Assembly: GCA_002811645.1 (NCBI GenBank)
Contig: PDIP01000027.1
Location: forward strand, 65,216 to 129,215
DNA length: 64,000 bases
Source of the DNA: Corallochytrium limacisporum Hawaii
Lineage: Eukaryota; Protista; Pluriformea
Reading direction: 5' to 3'
Both the position numbers and the translations under genes were made by a program. A model generated the notes under the pieces. The model worked only from the letters and a program-made list of their open reading frames with translations. It was not told the DNA's origin and ran no database searches. Of this stretch, positions 19,101-29,291 are shown piece after piece (position 1 is the stretch's first letter; each line of letters opens with the position of its first letter).

Positions 19101-21406
19101 ACGATCCGTTGCAGGACACTGTCAACACCGCGGACAAATAGATACGTGCTATTTTGGCCCGCAAGTGAATGCGCTACATCCTCATCAACTCCACTAGAGC
19201 GAATGGCCAGAGCCTCAGTTTTTGAGAACGTCTCACGAAGCGCATCCCTTACTGCCTTCTCGATCGTAGGTTCTAAAGAAGTCCGAAGAATCATTCGGCG
19301 CAGCCTCCTACATTGGGACTCGAGTTCGGCTTTCGGACACGTATAGACGCGGTTGATAGCGTCCTGCAGATCGAGCCCATTGACAGAATGTTCTTGTTGG
19401 TGTCGCCAAGCAGCCGCAGTCAATGTGGCGACCTTGGGCACGAAGAACTTTAATGGTTCCAGAAATTCCTCTTGATACGGACTGAAATGGAAGCTGCTTT
19501 GCTTTCGTACAGTTCCGCCTTCACGCTCAAGCTCGCTGTCAGTGTCAAAGTCGTCGTCGATGTCATTGTCAGTGTCATCCGCTTCATTAACATCTGCAGC
19601 TAATTTGGTACGCACTGCCTTTGCATGCTGTACCAATTGATCAACCTCAGTTGCGCATTGATACAATCTGCCCAGCTCCATGCCCTTGCCACCAACGATC
19701 TGCGTATACTGATGAAGGCGGTCGTCAAGGCAGACAATAAACCTCTCCAGGTCTTCCTGATCCAAGGTCTCTTCTGGGGTCCCAGTGATAGGGTTGTTTT
19801 GCCGAGAAGTGTCCGGGTTCTCGTTCCCTGATCCCATGCTCAATGGACTCACACTAAGTGGATAGCGGATGAAGGAACTGTTCTTCGGTTTTGTACCGTG
19901 CCTGCGGTAGGCGAATCGAGTCATGACGATGGCCGGTGCACCGTTCACGGTCGCAATACCCTTATAGTAGTAAGTATCACTAGATCCACTTGTGACCGGC
20001 GGTCCCTGTGACTCTATGATGTTGTGCATGGTGATCCGATGTGTGCCCTGAGCACCTGTGCGTTCAGTCACAGGGCCTGAAGCAACTTCAAACTCAATCG
20101 TGTGCTTCCGATTCGGTCTCAGTCCTTCTGCAATAGTCCACATGGGGGTGTGGGTTCCAATGATCGCGCTCGTTCCACCGTGGGGCCTAATCACATAACC
20201 CCTGACCAAATGGCTCAGGGTCAACGTCCCACTAATTTCAAAGTGGATCCTCGTTCCATCTTCCAACATGACTAAGTACCCCACACTACGATAGTAGTAC
20301 CCAGAAATCTGGTGGCCGCGAGCCTCACAACGCCAGCCACATCCGTCCAAAGGGAACTCCAGTCCATCAATATTTACGTACCCGGCAACGTTTCCCCATT
20401 GCTCAATCCTTCTAAGGCGATTTCTTCTCATCTCATTGAATAATGCAGCGCTCCATGGTTCCATAGCGGTGGACATGGCGTAGCTGACCAGATTTGTACT
20501 GCCTGCCTCTGTAACCACACGGGGACTCGTTGGTTTCCACAAAAGTGTGATATTCAAGGGCACCACTTGTCCCTTCCGCAGACGACCACGTGGACTATCG
20601 TCATCAGCATTTGCTGTCTGTCTCTTTTCATTGAAACGGGGCGGTTTCGCAAGATGAGGGGAGTAATCCGTCACGACAACATCGCCGGCAAAGCGAAGTC
20701 TGCGAGCTGCACCGGGGAGCTTGTAGTCGAGAGAGTCACCCAGCTCGTCCAGGTGCATTCCGCTCACGATCGGTCTCGGTCTACCCTCTGCGCGCGTTTG
20801 TACCTCCATTAGACCACCCCACTGATGTTGTAGTGACTCTGTGGGGATCAAGAACGAGCCCAGATCCTCCACATCAAGTCGAAGCCATGTTCTTGCACTG
20901 TCGCTTCGCCGACCAATCCGAGAAATGAGAGTTATTCCCCGATCCTCATCACATACCACGTACTCACAACTTTCAAACGCTGCCTCAGAGAATGGATCGA
21001 CTTCTGTTTCTGGTTCTGTTGAAGCATAGATACCTGACTCTGCAATGGAACCTGCATTGGCCTTTTGTCCCTCTCTTCGCTTCTGCAATTCTGCCGCATT
21101 CATCTCCGCCCTGGTTCTAGCCAGAGCCTGACGCACACAAAAAATGACGTAGATGATCAAGAATTTACACCAGAAGGTTGCAGCAGAGTAGTTTACTGGT
21201 GAGTAAGGCCTTGGTCTGTTCTCAGGCCGCATGTGTAAGTCCCACAAGACGTTACGTTGGCGCAAGACGATCCAACACCCTTCCATAGAAGCACTGATCA
21301 CAGCCCACATGAACACATATACCATGTATAATCCCTGAGCCGTACTCTGCAGACTATCTAGCAGAACCGCTGTCATGACGTTGCTCTCTCGACCTTGCTT
21401 CGTCAT
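16193..21406 (-). CDS. PEP-synthase/PigC/rifampicin phosphotransferase-like enzyme with N-terminal membrane segment and extra domain
   Basis: 1737 aa from the first ATG; ATP-grasp motifs GGKG, AIRSSGVDED..SLAGQ and LLQCRPVT; central HGHRC..EVEL; C-terminal phosphohistidine swivel TESGGLLSHGALCAREYGIP. Confidence 0.85.
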   Translation of the reverse strand: MTKQGRESNVMTAVLLDSLQSTAQGLYMVYVFMWAVISASMEGCWIVLRQRNVLWDLHMRPENRPRPYSPVNYSAATFWCKFLIIYVIFCVRQALARTRAEMNAAELQKRREGQKANAGSIAESGIYASTEPETEVDPFSEAAFESCEYVVCDEDRGITLISRIGRRSDSARTWLRLDVEDLGSFLIPTESLQHQWGGLMEVQTRAEGRPRPIVSGMHLDELGDSLDYKLPGAARRLRFAGDVVVTDYSPHLAKPPRFNEKRQTANADDDSPRGRLRKGQVVPLNITLLWKPTSPRVVTEAGSTNLVSYAMSTAMEPWSAALFNEMRRNRLRRIEQWGNVAGYVNIDGLEFPLDGCGWRCEARGHQISGYYYRSVGYLVMLEDGTRIHFEISGTLTLSHLVRGYVIRPHGGTSAIIGTHTPMWTIAEGLRPNRKHTIEFEVASGPVTERTGAQGTHRITMHNIIESQGPPVTSGSSDTYYYKGIATVNGAPAIVMTRFAYRRHGTKPKNSSFIRYPLSVSPLSMGSGNENPDTSRQNNPITGTPEETLDQEDLERFIVCLDDRLHQYTQIVGGKGMELGRLYQCATEVDQLVQHAKAVRTKLAADVNEADDTDNDIDDDFDTDSELEREGGTVRKQSSFHFSPYQEEFLEPLKFFVPKVATLTAAAWRHQQEHSVNGLDLQDAINRVYTCPKAELESQCRRLRRMILRTSLEPTIEKAVRDALRETFSKTEALAIRSSGVDEDVAHSLAGQNSTYLFVRGVDSVLQRIVQCWASQFEYATVLQRLSMDLEIDPGIAVIIQAMVTGPALSGLLVTSDESLVDTEEETKEEAMIPKRMSQRSKDGNVREDSERDAAITHMVISTVDGIGTGATDGSGNPDTYYVCRPIWLDVLEKFPRPPESQDDSLLTDFVIQKYLPSSGHPLVRRRSSQTINSVKRKSIDSVGIMDTPPKKPPSGMRSTSILKKMGNDDGIIAGIPRDALEALVQRVCCVGAVVERYFSGSGRAVEFVVTWDGISNTGKVYLLQCRPVTEGAPVENDLIGTEFDTPLASEGEWLSRSTISELMPTAMTPLTLSTFAVALEHGIQDLLRSSGIMDTHMDTQKFLPIFRNNSFLNLYTCAVFHTRTAYTSKAAMDMTLCGRVITEIPFKDLEMFTEGDSMTSGQKRAAFVRFLLCLARTNQILQDLQKKHERFDERRLSARYVNDAAELFMEIDSYLQLYRQVWSCLVALTARCGHWTNLLLHILNDEGSSMDSGKWTVEHYADLAELLGNRADGLWGGGWGSAVDSGMAPDIARSLEKLAAQTMVDLEAYGMKPVEESSRSELLTFLLEGSTPAGRLFEAFLQAHGHRCSNEVELMSRTWREDPLDVIGAIRKLAVEHGDRLRNEVSFVGEEITSTPDGKGARSRCSTPGSTPRDLSSLASISGHDNSSPRSDTLGTTQLNTSLSYARRLALIPVRRLALAAMRDRDRGKSFAIEVALTLRRGYRTLAEMLAVQGDLPAAELLYFMTHTEIQRLCFMASEDQRSLGGNRFRSPTRDGAAPQSPKSPSILPSSNQRARRSEAIILNAIKRKRQFDTTQRKVRFPMLTIGTPNPIIGRMRTQTLSSAVLAARKILEGTLRGLPACKGQVTGRARVLTDLGDAPVLRYGDILVITSMDIGWSPYFPMLKGIVTESGGLLSHGALCAREYGIPCIVSVPGVTQLVSTGDYVLLNATKGELQLLQNNIEVEDGNESEVSSSLD

Positions 21407-21436
21407 GTCGAACAAAAACTTGGTATCTAAGCTATC

Positions 21437-21609
21437 CTACATATCAAAGACCGACGATGATGATGATTACCCTCTCGGTTGCGCGTCTGATACTAAGTCA
21501 TGCTCGGTTTCTTGCATATTCATATCCCTTTTGTTCCGGGTTCCATCGAAGTTTTTCGTATCTGTAAGATCATGTGGATGTATAACATTCATTGCTCAAA
21601 TAACCTCAC
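21437..21609 (-). other. predicted 5'UTR intron of PigC-like gene
   Basis: GTGAGG donor candidate at 21609; TCTTTGATATGTAG| acceptor at 21437. Confidence 0.35.
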
Positions 21610-22280
21610 ATAGATCACGGCTTCGTCCAACGATACTAAACGGGGGTAGCCCACCCGGTTCTACTTTTTGTTTTCCGGTGATCGCGCCACCGAGGCCAAC
21701 TTCCCCTCCTATTTCCCGCTGCTTATTCTGAGATTTAAATGCGGGCCACCAAAAGCCTCCCCTGGGGAGAGGAGAAGGGGGAGGGGGGGAAGGGGAGGAC
21801 TAGGTTGGCTCTGTCAGAGAGATATAGTCCGGTGGTACAGCGGCGGGAAGGTAGAAGGTCGCGGTGAGAGGGGTGGAAGGAGGACGACTGAGCAGCCGAG
21901 GTAACAAGAAGGAGGCGGCGACGGGAGGTCTCCCCGCCAAACTGACCGCCCATCGGCGCGCACCCAAAAAGCACTGAGACAGAGAGGACAGAAGGAAAGA
22001 GGACCTAGAAAAAAAACTCGTGCTTTTTTGGTGAACCGTGACAGAAAGAGCCGGGGTCTGGGTGGGGAGGGAGTTGGAAGCGGAGGCAGTCGGGGAAAAG
22101 ATGAGCAGTGGCTATTTCTATTTTTTCCCGGTTTAAGCTTGAACAAAAATATTCGGCCCCCGGGATGGGAGGGACGTGGGTTTTCCATAGGTACAATTGA
22201 CGATCTTGTCAACTTAGATTGTAGTCTAACTCATCACATAACTATTACAACTGGTCATATTTATTCGTGTGTTTCACATT

Positions 22281-24791
22281 CTAGACATCATCTGTTTCTG
22301 TGTCCACTTCTACATCATGGACATGATCACTGTCCCGGAGGGTGGATACCATCTCTGCCTGCAAAGCATTCTGTGCTCGTGGACTGTCATATTTACCAGA
22401 AGTTAGAGGATTCATGACGATGTCAGAAGTGATGTATGCCAAGTCTGGCATGGATTCCAGGACCTCAAGGGCCCGCCTACTGAGCACTCCCGTCTTCGTT
22501 TTGGAAGTATTGAGCAAGTTCATGACTTTGTCAGAAGTCGCTGGCATAGTGGACTTGTTCTCTTTGTCAATGCCGTAAAGCAGATCATCAAATCCACCTG
22601 GTTTTGCATGCGAACTGGGGTGCTGTGATTCGCCGCCGCCTCGATCAAAGAAAGACAGGTCCAAATCAGCACCAGACATGGCATAGTTCCCAGATGCCAC
22701 ACTAGGGACGGCCTGCTTGGCAGTTGCCAAATTTGGCACTGGCGCACCCTCTGTGCCATTGTTCGGTGTTTCCTGTAATATGGGGCTCTGCGGTTCGTCC
22801 ATGGAGAACGCAGTCGGTTGCAAACCGCCCATAGCAAAGTGATGGGCAGCAATCCCTGCCTCATCGTCCATAAACGCAAGACCCTTGATGGCCAAATGGT
22901 TGATGTTGGCACCCATGATCTTTGCAATTTCGATCTGGTTCTTGGACCCACTCCAGTTAAACTCCTCAGACAATCGGTTCTGAGCGTTTTCCACGGAAAT
23001 AAGGATCTTCATCTTGTCAGACAGCGCAGATGCTGTTAAATTTTCAACCTCCTCTGATGGGAAGGTCTCCTCAGTCCGGGTTTGGAAAACTTCGCTAAGT
23101 GTCCTCGGCTTTACATTGCTACTGCGAGCTGCCTGCATCGTACCTGAGACCGCCTGAACGGGCACCGCTGGTGGCGGTGACTCAAACTTCGCATCACCAA
23201 AGTCGCCGAAGTCATCGTCTCCACCGGCAGCCCAGCCACCATCACCCCATTCGTCATCTTCACCTTCCGCTTGGCCACCATCTACCCACTCCTCGTCACC
23301 GCCCCAGCCATCATCATTGCCCCATTCGTCATCCACCTGTTTGCTCTCAGCGTTAACGTCCAATTCCGCGGCACCAGTCAGGCCTTCTTTAGAGGCCTCC
23401 GCCGGGATCTCACCCTTCGTATCAATTTCAAGAGCGGTCTCTATTGCAAAGTCGTCCGCTTCATTGACCGGACCGGGCCCGGCGGGTTTAACTTCCGTCT
23501 TCATTTCACCTGCAGCAGTCGCACATTCCTGGGGTGAGTTCTCGTGAACAGATCCCCCATCTACAACTTCATTCAGCTGAACCGGTGCCAGTGCAGACTG
23601 CGGTTGATCGAACACGTCCATCCTATCAACTCGGGCAGGTTGGTCACCGACGGCGAGTTCTAGAGAGCCTGAACCTATATTTCCGTGCGCGTCGTTGGTG
23701 CCGTTTGCTTTAGCGGGCGTATCGACACTATTTTCGGTCTGCTCTACGCATGTTTTGGTTGTGTAGATATCCGCTATCTCGGAAGCATGCTCTGTCTCGA
23801 TGGCGACGACCGGTGTGTTGGGGCTGTTGGGAGTTTCCGGAGAGTGCTCAGATGCCGCCTGTAACTCAACTTTCATCGGGTCTTCTGGTCCAGAATCTTC
23901 TATCGCACTCTGAGACGCATCCGACATGATTTCTTTCTCCTTTAGATCATCTTCTATCTTAGACCCTATGTGGTCAAGGCTGGCAACAACCGCATTGTCC
24001 TCGTCACGTTCTTCGTCGGCAGGTTTCGATTCCGTTGCTACCTGCGTTCCGTCCAGTTTGATTTCCTCATTTCCATCGATATTAGCCTTATGACTATGAA
24101 CGAAGTCGAAGGTTTTGTTGCTAGCAATGTTGTCTTCGTCAGCACCTTTAGTGTTAGCCATTGTGAAAGTCATACTGCTTGTTGTTGGTTCCAAATCAAC
24201 AACAATCTCTTCCTCTTCTTCATCTTGCGAGTCCATGGATGCAAGCTTTTCGTTGTCACCAATCGGGCCCCATTCAGTTGGATCATCAGCAGTAGCCGGT
24301 ACTGTTGTTTTCTTGTATGGAATTCCAGGGGCAGTCTCCGACATGGGCGATGATATCGTCGCGTCATCTTCCTTGACTGTTTCAAATCCCGATTCATTTG
24401 GAGCAGATGTCCTAGTGGCCTCTGTACCTTTTGAAACTTTTGTTAAGTCTGGCTTTGCCATGGAGTTCTTGTCCTCTGCTACAGGGACAACAAACGACCC
24501 AAATTCATCCACACCGGGCACAGACGTCTGCTGTGTAGTTGGTTCCGGAGCAGGCGTAGGAGCACAGTGATCCGTGCTCGGCTCGCTGTTTTTAGGTGGC
24601 GGCGTATCAAAACTTCCAAAGTCATCATCTCCACCACCAGTTGTCCATTCTTCCGCCCAATCGTCGCCAATGCCTGCTTTTGTCTGTGCTGGTCCTGTAA
24701 AATCATCCCAAGCGTCCTCCTGCCCATCGTCTGTATTCGCTGGCCCTGCGAAATCGTCCCAGTCGTTGTCGTCAGGAGTGGCGTCTGTCAT
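22281..24791 (-). CDS. AFTPH: aftiphilin-like AP-1/clathrin accessory protein
   Basis: 836 aa acidic; WDDF and DDFGDF/DDFGSF gamma-ear motifs; FNWSGSK and LESMPDLAY C-terminal motifs. Confidence 0.75.
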   Translation of the reverse strand: MTDATPDDNDWDDFAGPANTDDGQEDAWDDFTGPAQTKAGIGDDWAEEWTTGGGDDDFGSFDTPPPKNSEPSTDHCAPTPAPEPTTQQTSVPGVDEFGSFVVPVAEDKNSMAKPDLTKVSKGTEATRTSAPNESGFETVKEDDATISSPMSETAPGIPYKKTTVPATADDPTEWGPIGDNEKLASMDSQDEEEEEIVVDLEPTTSSMTFTMANTKGADEDNIASNKTFDFVHSHKANIDGNEEIKLDGTQVATESKPADEERDEDNAVVASLDHIGSKIEDDLKEKEIMSDASQSAIEDSGPEDPMKVELQAASEHSPETPNSPNTPVVAIETEHASEIADIYTTKTCVEQTENSVDTPAKANGTNDAHGNIGSGSLELAVGDQPARVDRMDVFDQPQSALAPVQLNEVVDGGSVHENSPQECATAAGEMKTEVKPAGPGPVNEADDFAIETALEIDTKGEIPAEASKEGLTGAAELDVNAESKQVDDEWGNDDGWGGDEEWVDGGQAEGEDDEWGDGGWAAGGDDDFGDFGDAKFESPPPAVPVQAVSGTMQAARSSNVKPRTLSEVFQTRTEETFPSEEVENLTASALSDKMKILISVENAQNRLSEEFNWSGSKNQIEIAKIMGANINHLAIKGLAFMDDEAGIAAHHFAMGGLQPTAFSMDEPQSPILQETPNNGTEGAPVPNLATAKQAVPSVASGNYAMSGADLDLSFFDRGGGESQHPSSHAKPGGFDDLLYGIDKENKSTMPATSDKVMNLLNTSKTKTGVLSRRALEVLESMPDLAYITSDIVMNPLTSGKYDSPRAQNALQAEMVSTLRDSDHVHDVEVDTETDDV

Positions 24792-24937
24792 TGTTGATTG
24801 AATATCAACGAGTTTTTGTCTTCATAGTTCACATGTTTTATTCCTAGTGACTGCACTCTCACTGTCTCCACCTCTGTCTCATGTGTTGAACACGTTTTTT
24901 CAATCATGGAAGTTCATTCTTCGTCTTCAACCAATAT

Positions 24938-25068
24938 CTGAGAAGATCATTAGAATCTAAAGATATGAGTGTACCAAGTAGTAGACAACTTGACATAGGT
25001 GCCAGAGTCTTTGAAAATAGAAATAGAGAATGAAAAGACGCTCTGTCGAAAATTGTGAATCGCTTCAC
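24938..25068 (-). other. predicted 5'UTR intron of aftiphilin-like gene
   Basis: CTAAT branch plus GATCTTCTCAG| at 24938; donor candidate CTG|GTGAAG 25068 (alternative GTACAT 25224); some upstream ATGs remain after splicing. Confidence 0.4.
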
Positions 25069-25612
25069 CAGACCCTCGCGTTCGGACCCGCTCGGGTCCG
25101 CTATTCCCTTCCTGAATAGCGCGAAGGCCAGCAAATGATCAGTCCGCCTAGCCGTACAGAAGAAAAATTGGAAAACTGAGACTGATCCGGAAGCTATCGT
25201 CTGATGCTCCAGTAGTGAATGTACCAAAAGTCCCTCGCTGATACCCCTTAATAGCGGGGACGACCCGGAGAGGGCCCCCGTCGGGACCGACAGCGAACGT
25301 TTCCGACACTCTTCAGCCCCCTCCCCATAATCCCCTCACCCTGGGTTCCGGTACCTTCCCCATTGGAGCCCGGCCGGGACGAGAAAAAGTGGGGCCAGCA
25401 GGGGTCCCCTCCATCCTTTCCCGCCACTCGCGTAAGTTTGAGCAGGGGAGCGGCAATGGGAGGTGAGGCTGTCTTTTCTGAGGGTAGCCTCCCTGCTGGT
25501 CGGTCGGCCAAGTGGGCACTGTGGTTTCTGGCAAGAAAGGGCTGCGGAAGGGGTTTGGTGCGGGCCTGGCCTCGGCACCACGCTCGCACTCGTCAAGCTC
25601 GCCGACCGGGGA

Positions 25613-25909
25613 GTGAGTGTTGTTTGGCGTGAAGGATTTTGCGCTTTGCTCAGTGCCTAAGGTTGGCAGAGTTGGGAGGTACAGTTAGTTGGACATGGAG
25701 AGATCCCAAGGTCGGAGTTGTTTGTAGACATCATATCTCGTCTGACAGCTTAGGAGGCTACAAAAAGGCATGGTGTTATCGTGGATCTAGAAATAAGCGG
25801 TCATAAGCACACACCGTTCTGGCGCAGAGGTCGCATGACATATTGCGGAAATAGATCGGCGTCGAGAAAGACTGCCGATACTCTATCTAACTTGTTGCCT
25901 TGATATTAG
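25613..25909 (+). other. predicted 5'UTR intron of USP
   Basis: GTGAGT donor 25613 (alternative GAG|GTACAG 25679); CTAAC branch 25887-25891 then TTGTTGCCTTGATATTAG|. Confidence 0.55.
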
Positions 25910-25939
25910 CATTCAAGACATGAAGTAAGCAACTCGACA

Positions 25940-28900
25940 ATGAAAGGAGACGAAGTCTTCACGGAGGGGGCATCCTTCACGGAGGACGAACGCCGTGACG
26001 CCTCAGAGCCGGTAGCAATTCCGATGTCTGGCAGCGATGAACAGCCTACTTCCATGTCATCATCGCAGGGTAAAGACAGACCAAGCATGGACACCTTTTC
26101 GGCATTAGTTTCGCCAGGTTCATACACAAACAAGGAGCCTCTGAGTCCAATTATGTCACGGAGGTACGAAAAGCTTGAGGACTCGCGGGAGGAAGGTGAA
26201 CCATCTCTGTCTAAGGATGCTCAGATGCGGGCGTCTTCTTCGTACACCAACATGGGAGAAATGGCTGGTATCACTGGTCTGTCTAATTTGGGCAATACCT
26301 GCTTCATGAACAGTGTATTGCAGGCCGTGAGCAATACAAAGGAACTGCGTGAGTATTTCATGAACAGATATTTCAAACGTGAGGTTAATTTCACAAACCC
26401 CTTGGGCACCAAAGGCCAGGTAGCTTGGGCTTTGTTTCATGTGCTCACGCGCCTGTGGGATGGTCAGCAACGTAGTGTAGCACCACGTCAATTCAAGGAA
26501 GTTTTGGGCGAGTTTGCTCCTCAGTTTCGCGGCTATTCGCAGCATGATGCACAGGAGTTCATGGCATTCTTGATGGACGCTGTACATGAAGATCTGAATC
26601 GTATAAAGGACAAGAAGTACATAGAGCTTGATGAGGTGGGCAAATCGGATGAACAGAAAGCGCAGGAAAAGTGGGATTACCACAAAATGAGGAACAACTC
26701 AATCGTTGTAGATCTTTTTCAGGGTCTGATGAAGTCCAAACTCACATGTCCAAAATGCAGTCATGTATCCACCACGTTTGATCCGTATATGTATGTCAGC
26801 GTGCCCATCCCTCATCCCAAACACATCAAGAAGACAGTGTGGTTTGTCGATAAGCAACGGAATGTGAAGCAGGTGACAGTGGATGTCAAGAACGATCCCT
26901 CAGGAGTAACATACGCAGATCTGAAGACAGCAGTGGCAGAGAGTCAAGGCATTCCTGCTCATCGGTGCCTCGTGCTCTCCAGTCGTACGTATAGCACGAA
27001 GATCTGCGATGAGTCTGATCGCATGGAAGAGGGTGGTTTCGCGAATGAAATGGTGTTCGAGGTAGCTGGATTCGGATTCAACAGTGATACTTTCATGCAT
27101 AGTGAAGACAAGGTGATCTACTGTATTTTCTTTGAGACAGCAAGTTCTTCGGCAAGCTACAGTGCGGAAAGACTGCATCCGCCGTTGCTCTTCTACTATA
27201 GCCAGGAGGGCTTTGTGGCTGATCTGTACCAGGAGATTGCTAAGTTGATTGAGCCCCTGGCCATCAAACCTTTCTCGGAGGACATTCTTAATGCCATGCA
27301 CGCGCGGTGGGATAGAAAGAAGGAGCAGGCGCTTCTGAAAAAGCGGGCGTCACAAATGGAGCTTGAAGTTAGTGAGCTGGAACACTCACCTCCACCATAT
27401 GCGGCCAAAGCAGGCGATGATGGCGCTGCGACACGCCCACGCATCGACTCCACTGCCACCAAGGAAACAGTATCATTCATGGATACCAAAGAGAAAGACA
27501 GCAGCCCTGAATTGGTGGTTCAGCAGGACAATGTGGGAGAAGGAGAGAAGGACGCCGAAGACAGCATAGTGGACCTTACCGGAGACCAAAAACAAGCCCC
27601 GAACTCCACTAGCTCCTCTCCAATCGCACTCTATGGTAGTGATGATGATATGCGCAATGCGAGCAGCAGTCCGTCCCATCGCCTGTCCTCCGAGGGCAAG
27701 ACAGAACAGTCAGCTATGGACACGGGCGAAGACAACAGTCTTTCTTCCCTGCCCGAGCCTCTATTCCTGCTGCGTCCAAAGCAGCACGGTAGTAGGGACA
27801 TGTGTGAACCAGATGAGAGCCTGGCAACCTGGAAGCCCGATCGCTACGACATGACGTACTCATCGTCCTATTCATTCGGATCCTCATACGGTCGCTATGG
27901 CTCATCGCAGGAAGAAGAGACCAAGAAAATTACCAATCCGAATCAGCTGCGCAGGGACGTTTGGGTTACGTTCAAGACCTCCATCTATGACGAGTACATA
28001 GATGCGGCGAAGTTTAACCACTCTATGGCTCGAGATGCACCGATGCCCGTCCGCTCTACGGAGACCTCCGAATCGAATACCCTACAGCAGTGTCTCGAAC
28101 TGTTTTGCGAAGAGGAGACGCTAGGTGCAAACGACGCTTGGTATTGTCCAAAATGCAAAGAGCTGCAGGAGGGTGCGACCAAGAAGCTTGGCCTGTGGAC
28201 TCTGCCAGAGATCCTAGTAATCCACCTGAAGCGATTCAGCTACCAAAGTCGAGCTGGCGGCTTGCATACATGGCGGAAGAAGATTGACAATCTCGTCACC
28301 TATCCATTTGAAGGGCTAAATATGAGCGAGTTTGCAGCACCAACGGACGAGCTGACCAAGAACCCATCACTGGCACAATACGACTGCTACGCCGTCGTCA
28401 ACCATTTTGGCAGCCTCAGTGGTGGTCATTACACGGCACACGCCAAAAATTCGGAGAGCGGCGAATGGTACGAATTCAACGACAGTCATGTGTCCAAGGT
28501 GAACCGAGGGGAAATTATGGACAGATCGAACTACATTCTCTTCTACGCCCGCAAGGACTCTGAAGGTCGCCGCAAGGCCAAGATCGAGGAGAACCTGCTG
28601 CCACCGAATCCGGAACTGGAGCGCATGACAGGGCCACCCGAGGAGAAGAACAGTGACGGACTGACACTGTCCCGCAGAATCAGTGACCGCGATGAAAGGT
28701 TAAGTTACGGCACAAGCGGCCTTCGAGACTCTGGCAGTGATCTGCGCCTGGCGTCGCCGGGCTCCAATGGAGATCCGCCGTCAGGTCCGGTCAGTCCGCT
28801 CGTGGCCTCGCCTCCCTATACAAGCGACCACAGTGATGATGAAATCGAGGATGTCAACAAATCTCAGAATTCGCTGGTGGCCTTGGAGCCCAATGCATTG

Positions 28901-29194
28901 TCTGCACGGGTACAGCAGCTGGCGGATAGCTGCGCTGAGAACGAAAAAGGCGGCAGTGATGGGGACGAAGACAGCGTAGAGATCGTCGGTGAAGTCAAGC
29001 GGCCTGCCGGCGAGTCCCCAGGTGGATCAGAAGCACCTGGCGGCTTTCCCAAAATCCCGCCGCCGCCACCGCCGGCTGATAGTCGCATTGCCGTGAAAGG
29101 AGAAGCAGCCATGGCTGCCGACGATGACGAAGTAGATTCTATGGCAGACGATCCCGGGACAGCTCGTACAAGTGGTAGTGGCATGGAAACATAG
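25940..29194 (+). CDS. ubiquitin-specific protease (USP4/11/15/19-like)
   Basis: 1084 aa; Cys box GLSNLGNTCFMNS, QHDAQEF, LPEILVIHLKRF, His box NHFGSLSGGHYTA. Confidence 0.95.
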   Translation: MKGDEVFTEGASFTEDERRDASEPVAIPMSGSDEQPTSMSSSQGKDRPSMDTFSALVSPGSYTNKEPLSPIMSRRYEKLEDSREEGEPSLSKDAQMRASSSYTNMGEMAGITGLSNLGNTCFMNSVLQAVSNTKELREYFMNRYFKREVNFTNPLGTKGQVAWALFHVLTRLWDGQQRSVAPRQFKEVLGEFAPQFRGYSQHDAQEFMAFLMDAVHEDLNRIKDKKYIELDEVGKSDEQKAQEKWDYHKMRNNSIVVDLFQGLMKSKLTCPKCSHVSTTFDPYMYVSVPIPHPKHIKKTVWFVDKQRNVKQVTVDVKNDPSGVTYADLKTAVAESQGIPAHRCLVLSSRTYSTKICDESDRMEEGGFANEMVFEVAGFGFNSDTFMHSEDKVIYCIFFETASSSASYSAERLHPPLLFYYSQEGFVADLYQEIAKLIEPLAIKPFSEDILNAMHARWDRKKEQALLKKRASQMELEVSELEHSPPPYAAKAGDDGAATRPRIDSTATKETVSFMDTKEKDSSPELVVQQDNVGEGEKDAEDSIVDLTGDQKQAPNSTSSSPIALYGSDDDMRNASSSPSHRLSSEGKTEQSAMDTGEDNSLSSLPEPLFLLRPKQHGSRDMCEPDESLATWKPDRYDMTYSSSYSFGSSYGRYGSSQEEETKKITNPNQLRRDVWVTFKTSIYDEYIDAAKFNHSMARDAPMPVRSTETSESNTLQQCLELFCEEETLGANDAWYCPKCKELQEGATKKLGLWTLPEILVIHLKRFSYQSRAGGLHTWRKKIDNLVTYPFEGLNMSEFAAPTDELTKNPSLAQYDCYAVVNHFGSLSGGHYTAHAKNSESGEWYEFNDSHVSKVNRGEIMDRSNYILFYARKDSEGRRKAKIEENLLPPNPELERMTGPPEEKNSDGLTLSRRISDRDERLSYGTSGLRDSGSDLRLASPGSNGDPPSGPVSPLVASPPYTSDHSDDEIEDVNKSQNSLVALEPNALSARVQQLADSCAENEKGGSDGDEDSVEIVGEVKRPAGESPGGSEAPGGFPKIPPPPPPADSRIAVKGEAAMAADDDEVDSMADDPGTARTSGSGMET

Positions 29195-29291
29195 GCAGAA
29201 ATACGAATAGTAAAGCATACATGTAGAACTACATTCTCTACGTTATATTCTCATGGACTGTTTCTTTGTCTCGGGATTGAGTCTTGCAAGA

